Assembly (NCBI GenBank): GCA_014728035.1
Contig: WJMJ01000059.1
Coordinates: forward strand, 32,001-96,000
Reading direction: 5' to 3'
DNA length: 64,000 nucleotides
DNA from: Promethearchaeota archaeon
Lineage (GTDB): Archaea; Asgardarchaeota; Thorarchaeia; Thorarchaeales; Thorarchaeaceae
Position numbers and translations under genes: made by a program. This document shows positions 48,029-58,126 of the stretch, piece by piece (within the stretch, counting starts at the first letter, position 1; every line of letters begins with the position of its first letter). Below the pieces are notes generated by a model. The model searched no databases. It had not been told where the DNA came from and saw only the letters and a program-made list of their open reading frames with translations.

Positions 48029-48176
48029 CTCTTGTATGATAGAGTTTAAATGTCAACATCATAGACAAAACTGTGGTGAACGATATGCTAGGTGAATACG
48101 TTCCACACGAATAGTAGACTGCTTTTCTGTTCTAGCCAGTTCTCCGTTTTCAGTATTTACACGGAAGGAATACATC

Positions 48177-49661
48177 ATGAATAAGAGTGAAAAAAAGAGT
48201 GATAGCAAGCAGGCCATCTTCGATATTAGCAAGGAAGAAAACTTTCCTGATTGGTACACGGAAATCTGTAAGGTGGCTGAATTAGCAGACATACGATATG
48301 GTGTAAAAGGATTCACGCCTTTTCTGCCTTGGAGTGTCATGTCGATGGAAATCATGTTCGACTTTCTTGAAGAAGCACTTCATAGAAAGGGCCATCTCCC
48401 CATGATTTTTCCAACCGTGATTCCTGAAAGTAATCTCACCAAAGAGGCAGACCACGTTGATGGATTCACACCTCAAGTGTTCTGGATAAAGGATTATGGA
48501 GCAGATGGAGAGCTTGAGGAAAGATTAGCTTTGCGTCCCACTAGTGAAACCGCTTTATATCCTATGTATTCACTGTGGATTCGAAGTTGGCGCGACCTCC
48601 CCCTCAAAAGATATCAAAGAGCTTCAATCTTTCGCTCAGAAGTAAAGAGCACTCGTCCATTTTTGCGAGGACGTGAATTTCTCTGGATTGAAAGTCACAA
48701 TGTCTTTGCTTCTCATGATGAGGCAAAAGACCAAGTCATGGAAGACCTTGAAACCACAAAGGAAATTGTTACTGGTATCTATGGTGTGCCTGTTATGGTT
48801 TTTAAGAGAACACAATGGGATAAGTTTCCTGGGGGTCTTAATACGTACGCTGCTGACACTCTGATGCCTGATGGTAAGGTAATTCAATTACCATCTACTC
48901 ATGACCTTGGTGATAACTTCGCAAGAGCATTTGATATTCAATATCTTGATGAGAATAACGAAACTAGATATGCATATCAGACCTGTTATGGGCCGGCCAT
49001 CTCAAGAATCTATGGTGCGATGATCTCAGTACATGGTGATGATAAAGGGCTAAGATTACCATATACAGTTGCTCCATATCAGGTTATCATTGTTCCAATA
49101 TACAAATCAAAGAACGAAGCAGAAGTTATGGAATTTGCCAGAAAGATAGAATCTGAATTACATGAGGCTGGAATACGTGTCTATCTCGATGCACGAGATA
49201 CTACTCCAGGATGGAAGTATAATTTCTGGGAGATGAAAGGTGCACCAATTCGGGTTCATATTGGGCCCAGAGAAGTCCGAGATGACAAGGTTATGCTTTT
49301 CCGTCGTGATCTTATGAAACGCGAACCTGTTTCATCCACTGGCCTGATAGAAGAAATCAAGCAGCTTGGTGAAGCAATTGACAAGACCCTTCTTGAACAA
49401 GCCGAATCCAAGTTTGAAGGTCTTGTTGTAGATGCTGATTCAATTGGCACCATTATTGATGCATTGGACAAAGGTAAGATAGCTCGTGTAGAGTTCTGTT
49501 CGACCGATATGGATGGATATGATTGTGCTGGACGAATTGAAGAACGTACTAGTGGAGAAATTCGTGGTACAAGAATTGATACAGATGAATCACCCCAAGG
49601 CGTTTGTGTGATATGTGGGAAAGTTGCTAAAGAGATCGTATACATTGCTAGGTCGTACTAA
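48177..49661 (+). CDS. proS: Prolyl-tRNA synthetase (archaeal/eukaryotic type)
   Basis: LRPTSET, FLRGREFLW, HGDDKGL, C-terminal ARSY. Confidence 0.97.
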   Translation: MNKSEKKSDSKQAIFDISKEENFPDWYTEICKVAELADIRYGVKGFTPFLPWSVMSMEIMFDFLEEALHRKGHLPMIFPTVIPESNLTKEADHVDGFTPQVFWIKDYGADGELEERLALRPTSETALYPMYSLWIRSWRDLPLKRYQRASIFRSEVKSTRPFLRGREFLWIESHNVFASHDEAKDQVMEDLETTKEIVTGIYGVPVMVFKRTQWDKFPGGLNTYAADTLMPDGKVIQLPSTHDLGDNFARAFDIQYLDENNETRYAYQTCYGPAISRIYGAMISVHGDDKGLRLPYTVAPYQVIIVPIYKSKNEAEVMEFARKIESELHEAGIRVYLDARDTTPGWKYNFWEMKGAPIRVHIGPREVRDDKVMLFRRDLMKREPVSSTGLIEEIKQLGEAIDKTLLEQAESKFEGLVVDADSIGTIIDALDKGKIARVEFCSTDMDGYDCAGRIEERTSGEIRGTRIDTDESPQGVCVICGKVAKEIVYIARSY

Positions 49662-49667
49662 ACTGAA

Positions 49668-49707
49668 AAAATCATGGTCATTGTACCATGATTTTGCTTT
49701 TTCTTTC
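49668..49707 (+). terminator. Hairpin plus T-tract after proS
   Basis: Perfect 11-bp inverted repeat AAAATCATGGT/ACCATGATTTT then GCTTTTTCTTTC. Confidence 0.6.
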
Positions 49708-49761
49708 AATCAGCTATCTTAAGTGCAGGAATGGTTGCATTATATGGTGGCGGTTATTGGA

Positions 49762-50748
49762 ATGATGAAAGTGTTAGTGCCATACGATGATGAAGAATTG
49801 CTTGAAATAATGCATGAAATTCTCGATGGGCACGCAGAAATCATCCAATCTTCTCGTGATATAGACTCTATGCTAGAAGCTGGAAGTGATGTAGAAATAG
49901 TAACTTCTGGTAGAGTTCATGGCGAATTCATTCGCAAGTCACCTCATCTAAGACTAATCCACTCTTTTGGTGCAGGAGTGAATAATATTGATGCAAGTGC
50001 GGTTTTAGAACAGGATGACCTTATCGTATGTAATTGCCATGTGAATGCAGTTGAGGTCGCAGAATATGCTATTATGCTCTTGCTTTCTGTTGCAAAGAAT
50101 ATCATTATCAACGATAGAACACTGCGTCGTGGTGATTGGACCTATGGGTGGGCAGGACCACGTCCAAATATCGAGATTAGAAACAAGGTCTGCCTAATCA
50201 TTGGGCTAGGAAACATTGGTTCTGAGATAGCCAAGAGATTGAGTTGTTTCAATTTGACATTAATTGGCGTCACACATAGTGGAAACAGCTCACATGACCA
50301 TCTGGTCAATCAAGTAGTATCAATTAACGACCTCTCTCCTCACTTAGAGGAAGCTGATTTTGTTATATTATCTCTCCCTCTTACTAAAGAAACTCGCAAT
50401 CTAGTTGATACGGACTTCATATCCAAGATGAAATCTTCAAGTATCTTGATTAATATTTCTCGGGGTGGGATTGTAGATGAATCAGCTCTCTATAAAGCTC
50501 TTGATAGTGGTGCCATATTTGGAGCTGGAATTGACGTCTGGTGGGAGTATCCATCAAAAAGAGGTGGCACTGCTTATCCTTCAAACACTCCATTTCACGA
50601 ATTAGATTCTGTAGTTATGTCTCCTCATCGAGCTGCTTATTCTGAAAATATTCAGGAAGACCAGATTCGATTTGTTGCTGAGAATGTTCTTCGTTTCATA
50701 AAAGGTGAATCACCTCATAATATCGTTGATATGACAAAAGGCTACTGA
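49762..50748 (+). CDS. D-isomer-specific 2-hydroxyacid dehydrogenase
   Basis: VAEYA, GLGNIG, INISRG, DVWW, SPH. Confidence 0.9.
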   Translation: MMKVLVPYDDEELLEIMHEILDGHAEIIQSSRDIDSMLEAGSDVEIVTSGRVHGEFIRKSPHLRLIHSFGAGVNNIDASAVLEQDDLIVCNCHVNAVEVAEYAIMLLLSVAKNIIINDRTLRRGDWTYGWAGPRPNIEIRNKVCLIIGLGNIGSEIAKRLSCFNLTLIGVTHSGNSSHDHLVNQVVSINDLSPHLEEADFVILSLPLTKETRNLVDTDFISKMKSSSILINISRGGIVDESALYKALDSGAIFGAGIDVWWEYPSKRGGTAYPSNTPFHELDSVVMSPHRAAYSENIQEDQIRFVAENVLRFIKGESPHNIVDMTKGY

Positions 50749-50900
50749 CTCGTAGTAAAACGCGCCAAGTTGCTAATGGAGATAGTAGTTTATGTATACA
50801 TTGCAACTAAATTGTTGATGCGGCGATAAAATGAAGTCTTTGAAATTGGCAGTGCAGACTCATTTTTCACGAGAGTCAACGTTTAAAGGCAGATTGTGAA

Positions 50901-53123
50901 GTGAGCAGCGAAAGCCGCGATTCAGAGGAATCGAGAGTGAGTATAACAAATCTTTCCGAAATTCCTGGTGTTGGAGATAAGATCCAACAACTACTGGTTG
51001 ACCACTTTGGTAGTGAAACAGTAGCATTGAAAGTAGTATTAGATTCAAGAGTAGATTTAGTTGCAGCAGCCCCCGGAATCGGGGATAAACAAGCTATCAA
51101 TATAGTTAAAGCTGCATATGAGTATCAGTTCGGAGTAACTTCGAATCTGATTTTACGCAGCACAGATTCTCGGAAAATCTTTGAACAGACCCTAGATATT
51201 TTGCGTGGATATGCGAATACTCCATATGCAAAAGATAAGCTGATACTCTATTTCCCTCTACCTCCTGAGAAGATTGATGAGATTCACTCAAGGCAGGAGT
51301 ATTTCGCAGATGCTACTGAGATTGCTAGAAGTCTATCTGATGAACAGAGACATGTCATGAAGCAAAATCTTAGTCATATTCGTGGTCTATATCGACGCAT
51401 CAAACCCCGCCGCATCGAAGGAAGAGTCATTCTAACAAACGACGAGAATGTGTTTGACACACTGATTTCTGAAGGCATCGACAAGTGGTGTCCGGTTTAT
51501 GTTCTTAGTGAAGGTGAAAGAGCTATTGATTATGCACAAGGGTATGATTTGGTTATATTCATCTCTCCCTTAGGAATTTATGACGAATCAATAGATATGC
51601 TGGATAATGTCGAAGTGTTTGGAAAAGATTGGTCTCTTGGTGATGTATTGCCAGAGATGACTGTTGGTTTTTATGCACGTAACTATCGTGTGATTGATGC
51701 ATCCTGCAAACTTGCCGAAGTATTTTCAGAGCTAAAACTGAACAAATCTATGAAGACTTTTATTGACGGATTGGACTTTGAAAAGCTCTCTAGAGTTGGA
51801 GAAATTCTGGAGAATCTTAATGAGGATGGTGAAATTGCCCAAGGGGTTGATTCAACTCTTGACCGTTTTAGAAAAGCAGTAAAAGCATATCCAACCGCAA
51901 TTGCTGAGGTTGAAGCCTGGTTAAATGAGGAGATAACTACACGGATATCTCAGAGTCAGGTGACACTAGGTGGACAACAAATCATCACAATTCTTCAATC
52001 TGCAGATGCCGAAGGTGCTGAAACTGGGAGTCTTCGTAACATGCTGCCTGCTGATATTGTTGAAACCTTCAGTAGTACTGTTTCAGAAGCAGAAGATAAG
52101 CTAGTTCAGATGTTGGGATTAACACCACGAGAAGCCGACTGGGTTACAGGTATTATCAGCGAAGAGATAACCCTTCCCGTTAACTTGATTCCTCTTCAGA
52201 TGAATAATCTTGAAGATCGTCTAAGGCGTAAATTTGCAGATCGTCAATTTCTGTTGAGCAAAAAATTCGCTGGCGAATTGGAAGGTCTAAGAGATATCGT
52301 CACTGTTGCTGTTCAGACCTTGCTAGAATTCGACTTATTTCTATCTGTTGGCCTATTTGCAAGGGATTTCAATCTACAAAAACCTGATATTTCTCTTGAG
52401 TATCAGGGCATCGGAATCCAGAATGCGACAAATCTATTCCTCGCAGAAAGTATGATGAAGGGCAAACATGGGACAGTGCAACCCATTGATTATGCAATTG
52501 GTACAAGTCCTTTTATGCCCCAAGGCACCAATGGAGAGAATTGTGCTATCTTATCAGGTGCTAACAGTGGTGGTAAAACCACTACCATTCAGACCATTGC
52601 TCAGATAGTTACTCTAGCTCAAGCTGGATTTCCTGTTCCAGCTGAAGTCGCATATCTTCCCGTTTTTGAAGAGATTTATTTCTTCTATAAGAGTCGTGGA
52701 ATGGTAAGTGCAGGTGCATTTGAAACCACACTCAAACAGTTTGCAGAGATTGTGATATCTGATAAATCAAAATTAGCACTTTTTGACGAGATTGAGGCAA
52801 TAACTGAACCTGGTAGTGCAGCTAATGTTATTGCTGGGCTTATAGAAATACTACAGGAAGATCCCCGAAGTTCAACTATCCTCTGTAGTCATCTTGCACG
52901 AGAGATTCGTGAGGTGACAAAAGTACCTGTTCGTATAGATGGTATTGAAGCTAGAGGACTGGATGAGGACTTAGAGCTAATTGTTGACCGTACACCTCGT
53001 TTTGGTCATCTGGCAAGAAGTACCCCTGAACTTATTGTTGAAAGGTTGGCAAAGAAATCCCGCGGAAAGAAACAAGAAGTGTACATGAAAATCCTTGAAA
53101 ATTTAGGTGACTCCCGACATTAA
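50901..53123 (+). CDS. MutS-family ATPase-domain protein with N-terminal HhH (archaeal MutS5-like)
   Basis: IPGVG and PGIG HhH motifs; SGANSGGKTT, AGAFE, DEIEAITEP, SH. Confidence 0.85.
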   Translation: MSSESRDSEESRVSITNLSEIPGVGDKIQQLLVDHFGSETVALKVVLDSRVDLVAAAPGIGDKQAINIVKAAYEYQFGVTSNLILRSTDSRKIFEQTLDILRGYANTPYAKDKLILYFPLPPEKIDEIHSRQEYFADATEIARSLSDEQRHVMKQNLSHIRGLYRRIKPRRIEGRVILTNDENVFDTLISEGIDKWCPVYVLSEGERAIDYAQGYDLVIFISPLGIYDESIDMLDNVEVFGKDWSLGDVLPEMTVGFYARNYRVIDASCKLAEVFSELKLNKSMKTFIDGLDFEKLSRVGEILENLNEDGEIAQGVDSTLDRFRKAVKAYPTAIAEVEAWLNEEITTRISQSQVTLGGQQIITILQSADAEGAETGSLRNMLPADIVETFSSTVSEAEDKLVQMLGLTPREADWVTGIISEEITLPVNLIPLQMNNLEDRLRRKFADRQFLLSKKFAGELEGLRDIVTVAVQTLLEFDLFLSVGLFARDFNLQKPDISLEYQGIGIQNATNLFLAESMMKGKHGTVQPIDYAIGTSPFMPQGTNGENCAILSGANSGGKTTTIQTIAQIVTLAQAGFPVPAEVAYLPVFEEIYFFYKSRGMVSAGAFETTLKQFAEIVISDKSKLALFDEIEAITEPGSAANVIAGLIEILQEDPRSSTILCSHLAREIREVTKVPVRIDGIEARGLDEDLELIVDRTPRFGHLARSTPELIVERLAKKSRGKKQEVYMKILENLGDSRH

Positions 53124-53152
53124 GGAAACATCTGTTAATAAGAGGGAAATAC

Positions 53153-53725
53153 ATGCAGCGAGTACTTGTATTTGGTGACACACACATCCCCACAAGAAAA
53201 AAATCTATCCCTCTCAAGTTCTATAGGCATATTGAGAAAACTGAATATGATATGGCATTAGTGACAGGTGATATTGTTAGAGAAAGTGACCTTCTCAAGG
53301 TCATTCCTCCATTGCCCCGTTCATACATTGTGAAAGGTAACATGGATTATGCTTATGGTCGAAATTTTCATGAAACGATACAGATTGACGAGTTCAAGTT
53401 CTTGTTACTCCATGGTACTCAATTAAGTCCTCGCGGAAACATCAAACAACTCAATGATATCTTGGATAATGTTGGTGGGGATATCGCAGTCCATGGACAT
53501 ACTCATATTGCTGCAATAGATCGATATCAAAATAAGTTGTTTTTGAATCCGGGTACTCTCTCAGGTGCTGCTGGTATATCCTCTGGAAAAACAGAAGCAA
53601 GTTTTTTAGAGCTAGAAGTTGAAAATTCACAACTCACGGTGATTTTACATCGAACTGATTCAGATTTACCAGAATTATCAAAACTACGGTTTTTTAAGGA
53701 GGACGGACAAATTGTTCCAGGATAG
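53153..53725 (+). CDS. Vps29/MJ0936-family metallophosphoesterase
   Basis: GDTHIP, TGD, GNMD, HG, GHTH, NPG. Confidence 0.88.
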   Translation: MQRVLVFGDTHIPTRKKSIPLKFYRHIEKTEYDMALVTGDIVRESDLLKVIPPLPRSYIVKGNMDYAYGRNFHETIQIDEFKFLLLHGTQLSPRGNIKQLNDILDNVGGDIAVHGHTHIAAIDRYQNKLFLNPGTLSGAAGISSGKTEASFLELEVENSQLTVILHRTDSDLPELSKLRFFKEDGQIVPG

Positions 53726-53726
53726 A

Positions 53727-54329
53727 TTATTTGGTTCCCCATGGGTCCGGGCTTAAGAGATACATGAGGAGTCTTTTCAAAACATTGTTACTTTTCTCCA
53801 ATGCTTTTTCTGCAAGTTCTTCTTTGTCGAATTTCTTAGTATCTTCCGATTTTTTAAACCTTCCAAGAAACCCTGATGCGTCCGAATCACTTTCAATATT
53901 TTTAGGCATCACTCTTTGAATCTCTTCTATTGGATAGATATCTCTGGTGAATTTGAGACTCTTGAAAAATGCGTAGACTGTTGATTTAATGATTTTTTCT
54001 TCCTGCGTGTCTGAAGACATCTTTTTGATTATACTGTACGATCTTTGTCTTAATGCTTCAGCAACAACTGATTGTACAGTTTCTGCGAGTGTTCTATTTT
54101 GACCACATGAAACTCCAATTTTAATCATTAACATTCTAATACGATCTAATATTACTCCTACTCTGATTCCGACAAACGGCTTTCCTCTCATCGATGCTCT
54201 CCAGTCATCATATGCATCGTTGATTCGATGGAGGTCTCCAAGATAGTTCTTTACTTGTTTGTAGTCAGCTGGAGGTATGAGTGGGCACCAAACATCCATT
54301 GGTATTTTGTCACCGTCCCGAGATGGCAT
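53727..54329 (-). CDS. Hypothetical protein
   Basis: 200-aa ORF with normal composition, abutting the convergent gene; no recognised motif. Confidence 0.7.
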   Translation of the reverse strand: MPSRDGDKIPMDVWCPLIPPADYKQVKNYLGDLHRINDAYDDWRASMRGKPFVGIRVGVILDRIRMLMIKIGVSCGQNRTLAETVQSVVAEALRQRSYSIIKKMSSDTQEEKIIKSTVYAFFKSLKFTRDIYPIEEIQRVMPKNIESDSDASGFLGRFKKSEDTKKFDKEELAEKALEKSNNVLKRLLMYLLSPDPWGTK

Positions 54330-54435
54330 AGTTGTTCTCTTGTGTCATCTTGTTTTGAGTATTATCAGTCTGTACCTCCCTTTGCTCTATTCGCTTGTTT
54401 TAAACATCTCTTTATCATATTCATATCTGATTAGT

Positions 54436-54702
54436 ATGACTTGGAAAGTAAAGATTGAAATTGTTGATATACTTGGTTCTGGAAAATGTTCTGTTAGACA
54501 ACAGGTTGGAGACGTGTTCTATTATCCCGAAGACCGGGGGAATATCTGTCCCAGTGCGTTTCACATCCTCTATCCTTGGATTTTGGTCATGCAGTCTGGA
54601 GGTAATCTCTATGTTGATGATGAAGATAGTATTTCCTTAGGCTGTGCAGATTTCAAACATCAAGTGGTATTCCGGCTGACTAGAACTCTTATTAATGACT
54701 GA
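54436..54702 (+). CDS. TIGR04076-like three-Cys small protein
   Basis: GKC...VGD, ICPSAF..LYP, CAD...VVFRL; start at ATG 54436. Confidence 0.75.
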   Translation: MTWKVKIEIVDILGSGKCSVRQQVGDVFYYPEDRGNICPSAFHILYPWILVMQSGGNLYVDDEDSISLGCADFKHQVVFRLTRTLIND

Positions 54703-54969
54703 TTCTGTAAAAGTTGACTATTTGAACACGTGTTCCAACAATCAGTCTATTCTAACAGGATTTTTTATTCCTCAGTGTGAATTACATGTCATAGGAAATG
54801 AAATCAGCAGTTTGATTCCTCTTGGTATTCATTCTTTTGTTGTAATTCTTGTCTTAGCGAAATATGGTCTTACTTTCTTGGAGATGAAAGAAAAGATATC
54901 CCCATCCTCAACTCTCTAAGTTCCAATCGCAATGTTAATATTGCTATCGTACCGCACCCTCGTTACAGT

Positions 54970-55100
54970 GCCATCGTGGCTCAGTCGGTAGATGTTGTTC
55001 TGAGAACAACAACCGAAAGCGACAGCCTGTTATCTTTCGATCGGCTGGTCGAGAGCCAGACAGTTGTTGGTCGGAGGTTCGAGCCCTCCCGATGGCGCCA
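54970..55100 (+). tRNA. tRNA-Asn(GTT) with two introns: D-arm 22/23 at 54992-55017 and 37/38 at 55033-55061; CCA encoded
   Basis: Acceptor GCCATCG/CGATGGC, anticodon stem ACAGC/GTTGT, T arm GGAGG-TTCGAGC-CCTCC; BHB-like junctions. Confidence 0.9.
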
Positions 55101-55150
55101 CTACTTATCAAGTATTTTATATTGCTTATACCAGGTGCGGTTGAATGCGA

Positions 55151-56161
55151 TTAAGAATCCACTCTGTTTCCTTGTGATATTTGTGTGATAATACAATCTA
55201 CTACATCAAATGTTAGCTCCGGATAGTCCTTACAAAATGTTTTGCTAAAGACGGTATTAGAGGTCATTACTTTCCTATGACTCTTTTCAACTAAGCTGGC
55301 TAACAATTCTTCACCCCCATCTCTAATTGGGGTGACATGAAGCACAACAAAACCTACGTCAACCGCTCCTTGATCTTTCAGCATCTTCCCTGCTCTAAGG
55401 AGAGTTGTTCCACTCTTTGTTAGATCGTCAATGACAATGACATTTTTTCCTCTTACATCTAGGTTTCCGCACATCTCGATAGTGAACGAGTCTGATCTAC
55501 GTTTACTAAGCCCCGGAACTCCAAATCGTTTCTGTGCTCCTTCATCTGGTGCAGTCAATACATACTCATCGAACCCAAATACTTGGGCTGCTTTTTCTAC
55601 AATCTCTGAGGTGAATGTGATGATTTTGTATTTACCGTGTTTTGCTAACCTATCGACCCAGTCTATACCTTTGTTCACTACGGGTTCTACAACCCAAAGC
55701 TTGTTGCATCTCTCTGCTATTCCGTACATTGCTGATTTACTTGAAATTGCTTCTCCCGTACTAAATGCTTTATCTTGTAGAGCGAAAGGCTGGAATGTTA
55801 ATACAACTTCAATACTCTTTGGAGGTGTAATTGGATTAGTCTTGTATTGTTTATGTCCGATTTTCTCGACTTTAGTGGGTTGTTTCAGCATATCCAGAAT
55901 AAGGATGAGTTCTTGTAGTCTATCTGCCGTAGAAAAGAATTCTTTTTCTGCTGGAGATGAACCTGTTCCGTTCTGTATCACTATGACTCGTTTATCCGAA
56001 AGTTTCTCTACCTGTGAAACTTTAACATAGAGGTCTGAATTTGGGAAGAATCTCTTCCCATCAAAATTTGGTTCTAAGCAGAAGACCGGAATGCCTTTGG
56101 AATCGAATTGTTCTGTAAGATGTTCAGCTCCACTAGCTAAAATTACTTTGAAGTCATCCAT
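55151..56161 (-). CDS. Divergent ribose-phosphate pyrophosphokinase-like protein
   Basis: FPNSDLYVK, PFALQDK..GEAIS, APDEGA, VIVIDDLTKSGTTL. Confidence 0.75.
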   Translation of the reverse strand: MDDFKVILASGAEHLTEQFDSKGIPVFCLEPNFDGKRFFPNSDLYVKVSQVEKLSDKRVIVIQNGTGSSPAEKEFFSTADRLQELILILDMLKQPTKVEKIGHKQYKTNPITPPKSIEVVLTFQPFALQDKAFSTGEAISSKSAMYGIAERCNKLWVVEPVVNKGIDWVDRLAKHGKYKIITFTSEIVEKAAQVFGFDEYVLTAPDEGAQKRFGVPGLSKRRSDSFTIEMCGNLDVRGKNVIVIDDLTKSGTTLLRAGKMLKDQGAVDVGFVVLHVTPIRDGGEELLASLVEKSHRKVMTSNTVFSKTFCKDYPELTFDVVDCIITQISQGNRVDS

Positions 56162-56270
56162 GATACTCGTATGTCTGTTCTTCTACAATTCTTATCTCTG
56201 TTCTGGTTTCTTTTCTCCTCTAGGAAAAGATACTTTTAGAAATATAGAACGATACCCATGGAGATACACA

Positions 56271-56777
56271 TTGAATACCAGAGAATCTAGCTTTTCCTGG
56301 AAGGGGTTTGCAGTCCTTGTTTTTATCTTGCTTATTGTGAGTGTAGTTGCCTTCATCATCTCGAGTATTGAAGGTTTCATAACAGGGGTGATTGCAGTAT
56401 TCATCGGATTTCTTCTCAGTTTCTTTAGGGATGATATCAAACGATTAGTGGGTATTTCCAATGATTCCTCTTCCGAGGTAGATGAGAGTCGTCCACTCGA
56501 ACCAAGTGAAATCAAACACCTTGCTCAACTTGAGAAGTATGTAGCAAAAGGACGCGTAAAACTCGAAAAAAGCATCTCAAAATTCGAATCCAAAGAAAAA
56601 CCCAAGAAGCGCCGGAAACTTGCTCGGGAAATTGTTGAAGGAGCTACTTCTTTAATCAGTCTAATAGATCAAATCAAATCCCGTGCAATTCTCCTCCATC
56701 GACCAAAAGTAGCTGAGCACTATTCTCATATTGCGGAAGAGATCGAGTCTATCCGAAAGAAATATTCACAGATTTAA
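56271..56777 (+). CDS. Hypothetical membrane protein (two TM helices plus a helical domain)
   Basis: Two hydrophobic segments then a basic helical region; start uncertain. Confidence 0.6.
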   Translation: MNTRESSFSWKGFAVLVFILLIVSVVAFIISSIEGFITGVIAVFIGFLLSFFRDDIKRLVGISNDSSSEVDESRPLEPSEIKHLAQLEKYVAKGRVKLEKSISKFESKEKPKKRRKLAREIVEGATSLISLIDQIKSRAILLHRPKVAEHYSHIAEEIESIRKKYSQI

Positions 56778-56823
56778 CGAATCATATGCTGTTACATAGT
56801 TATCATATTATAATCATTTCAAG

Positions 56824-57150
56824 ATGGAGTTTCTAGTTATGAGTAAGCGGATAAAGCGTCTTCGTCTAATGGCAGAATACAAGTCTACTGGAATTTTTGT
56901 AGAATCGCCTCGACCTCTTATTGGGGAAATATCTCACGACCATCTTAATATCAGTCCAGAATTATCTGAAGCTATATTCAGGTGGATTGACGAGTTTGAT
57001 AGTTGGCTAAATTGGGATGATCCTATGAATTCACCTTCAGTTCCTGAGAAAGAAATTAACCGATTCAATAAACAAGGTGAAGAATTGATGAAACAACTAC
57101 AGAAGGAATTAGGTCCAAGCATAAAAGTTCGATATGTTCCAACAAAGTAA
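56824..57150 (+). CDS. Hypothetical protein
   Basis: 108-aa ORF with LMAEY, W..EFD..LNWDDP and LQKELG. Confidence 0.65.
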   Translation: MEFLVMSKRIKRLRLMAEYKSTGIFVESPRPLIGEISHDHLNISPELSEAIFRWIDEFDSWLNWDDPMNSPSVPEKEINRFNKQGEELMKQLQKELGPSIKVRYVPTK

Positions 57151-57167
57151 CTTCTTTTTGAAAAAGA

Positions 57168-57241
57168 TGGGCCCGAGGGGACTTGAACCCCTGACCGGCA
57201 GGTTATGAGCCTGACGCTCTACCAAGCTGAGCTACGGGCCC
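57168..57241 (-). tRNA. tRNA with CAT anticodon, probably tRNA-Ile2
   Basis: GGGCCCGTAGCTCAGCTTGGTAGAGCGTCAGGCTCATAACCTGCCGGTCAGGGGTTCAAGTCCCCTCGGGCCCA; the GGG acceptor start fits Ile rather than Met. Confidence 0.88.
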
Positions 57242-57384
57242 TTGATCACTTCTTAGGCAATCAAAGGCTATTCTATCTTGATATTAAGCTTACGACTTCA
57301 CCGTAAAGCCTCTATTAACTGCTTGTGAAGTATCTATAAAATCTATCCGGGTTTATATTGAATGATACAAACTATTGAAGGACT

Positions 57385-57744
57385 GTGGTGATCATCATAA
57401 TTCTCTTATTCACATCCACCCATTGTACTTGGTGTGAAGTAGTTCGAGGGATGATTGAAGAGCAACTAAGTGAATTGAATCTAAATATAGTACTTTATGA
57501 AATCAATATTGATGAGAATATGAATATTGCACAAGTATATGGAATACTTGAAGTTCCCACCGTTATCTCTAGAACAAAACGACTTTCCGGGCTTCCTAGT
57601 TTTGCTGACCTTCGGTCTTTGCTATTTCAGTCAATTATGGGAAGAATACAAGAACATAACTTCAGTATTATTTTGAGTCAGCCGAAATCATCAGATCGTT
57701 CTCCCGAGTCAAAAGAATCTGTGCTTGAACACATTCCAACTTAG
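57385..57744 (+). CDS. Thioredoxin-family protein
   Basis: CTWC motif, YGILEVPT cis-Pro loop. Confidence 0.75.
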   Translation: MVIIIILLFTSTHCTWCEVVRGMIEEQLSELNLNIVLYEINIDENMNIAQVYGILEVPTVISRTKRLSGLPSFADLRSLLFQSIMGRIQEHNFSIILSQPKSSDRSPESKESVLEHIPT

Positions 57745-57925
57745 CCTTGAAGAGCATTCCTTCTAATACTGTTTTGAATTCCAAGTTATATTGATATTCT
57801 ATCTCCTCATTACCGAACAATTGTCTTAGCTCTCTTAGTCTATCTTCAGTTTGCTGTATTGCATTCTCTAAAAAACTAACAAGTTTATCGGTTCCATCTT
57901 CTTGTCTATCTTTCATTGATTTCAC
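57668..57925 (-). CDS. Possible small helical protein
   Basis: Coiled-coil-like composition; overlaps the tail of the thioredoxin ORF convergently. Confidence 0.4.
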   Translation of the reverse strand: MKSMKDRQEDGTDKLVSFLENAIQQTEDRLRELRQLFGNEEIEYQYNLEFKTVLEGMLFKAKLECVQAQILLTRENDLMISADSK

Positions 57926-58126
57926 AGAGCTTTGTCATGTCCTAAATAAAAAAGGACCACACTTTTTTAAAAAACCTGAGAATGTATAAATTAATGTAAA
58001 CATATTCTTTGTTCAATAGTAGAAATCAGTAGTCGATACATAACTTTAATAACAGAATATTCTTGCCAGCCAATACACTCACTCTTGTTGGCTCTTCATT
58101 AAAGTCATCAGGATTATCAACTAATA

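Noticed and set aside
54976-55188. 70-aa ORF
   Set aside because: Overlaps tRNA-Asn
57168-57241. tRNA-Met assignment
   Set aside because: Lacks the initiator A1-U72 pair and the three G-C anticodon-stem pairs; the acceptor stem fits Ile2
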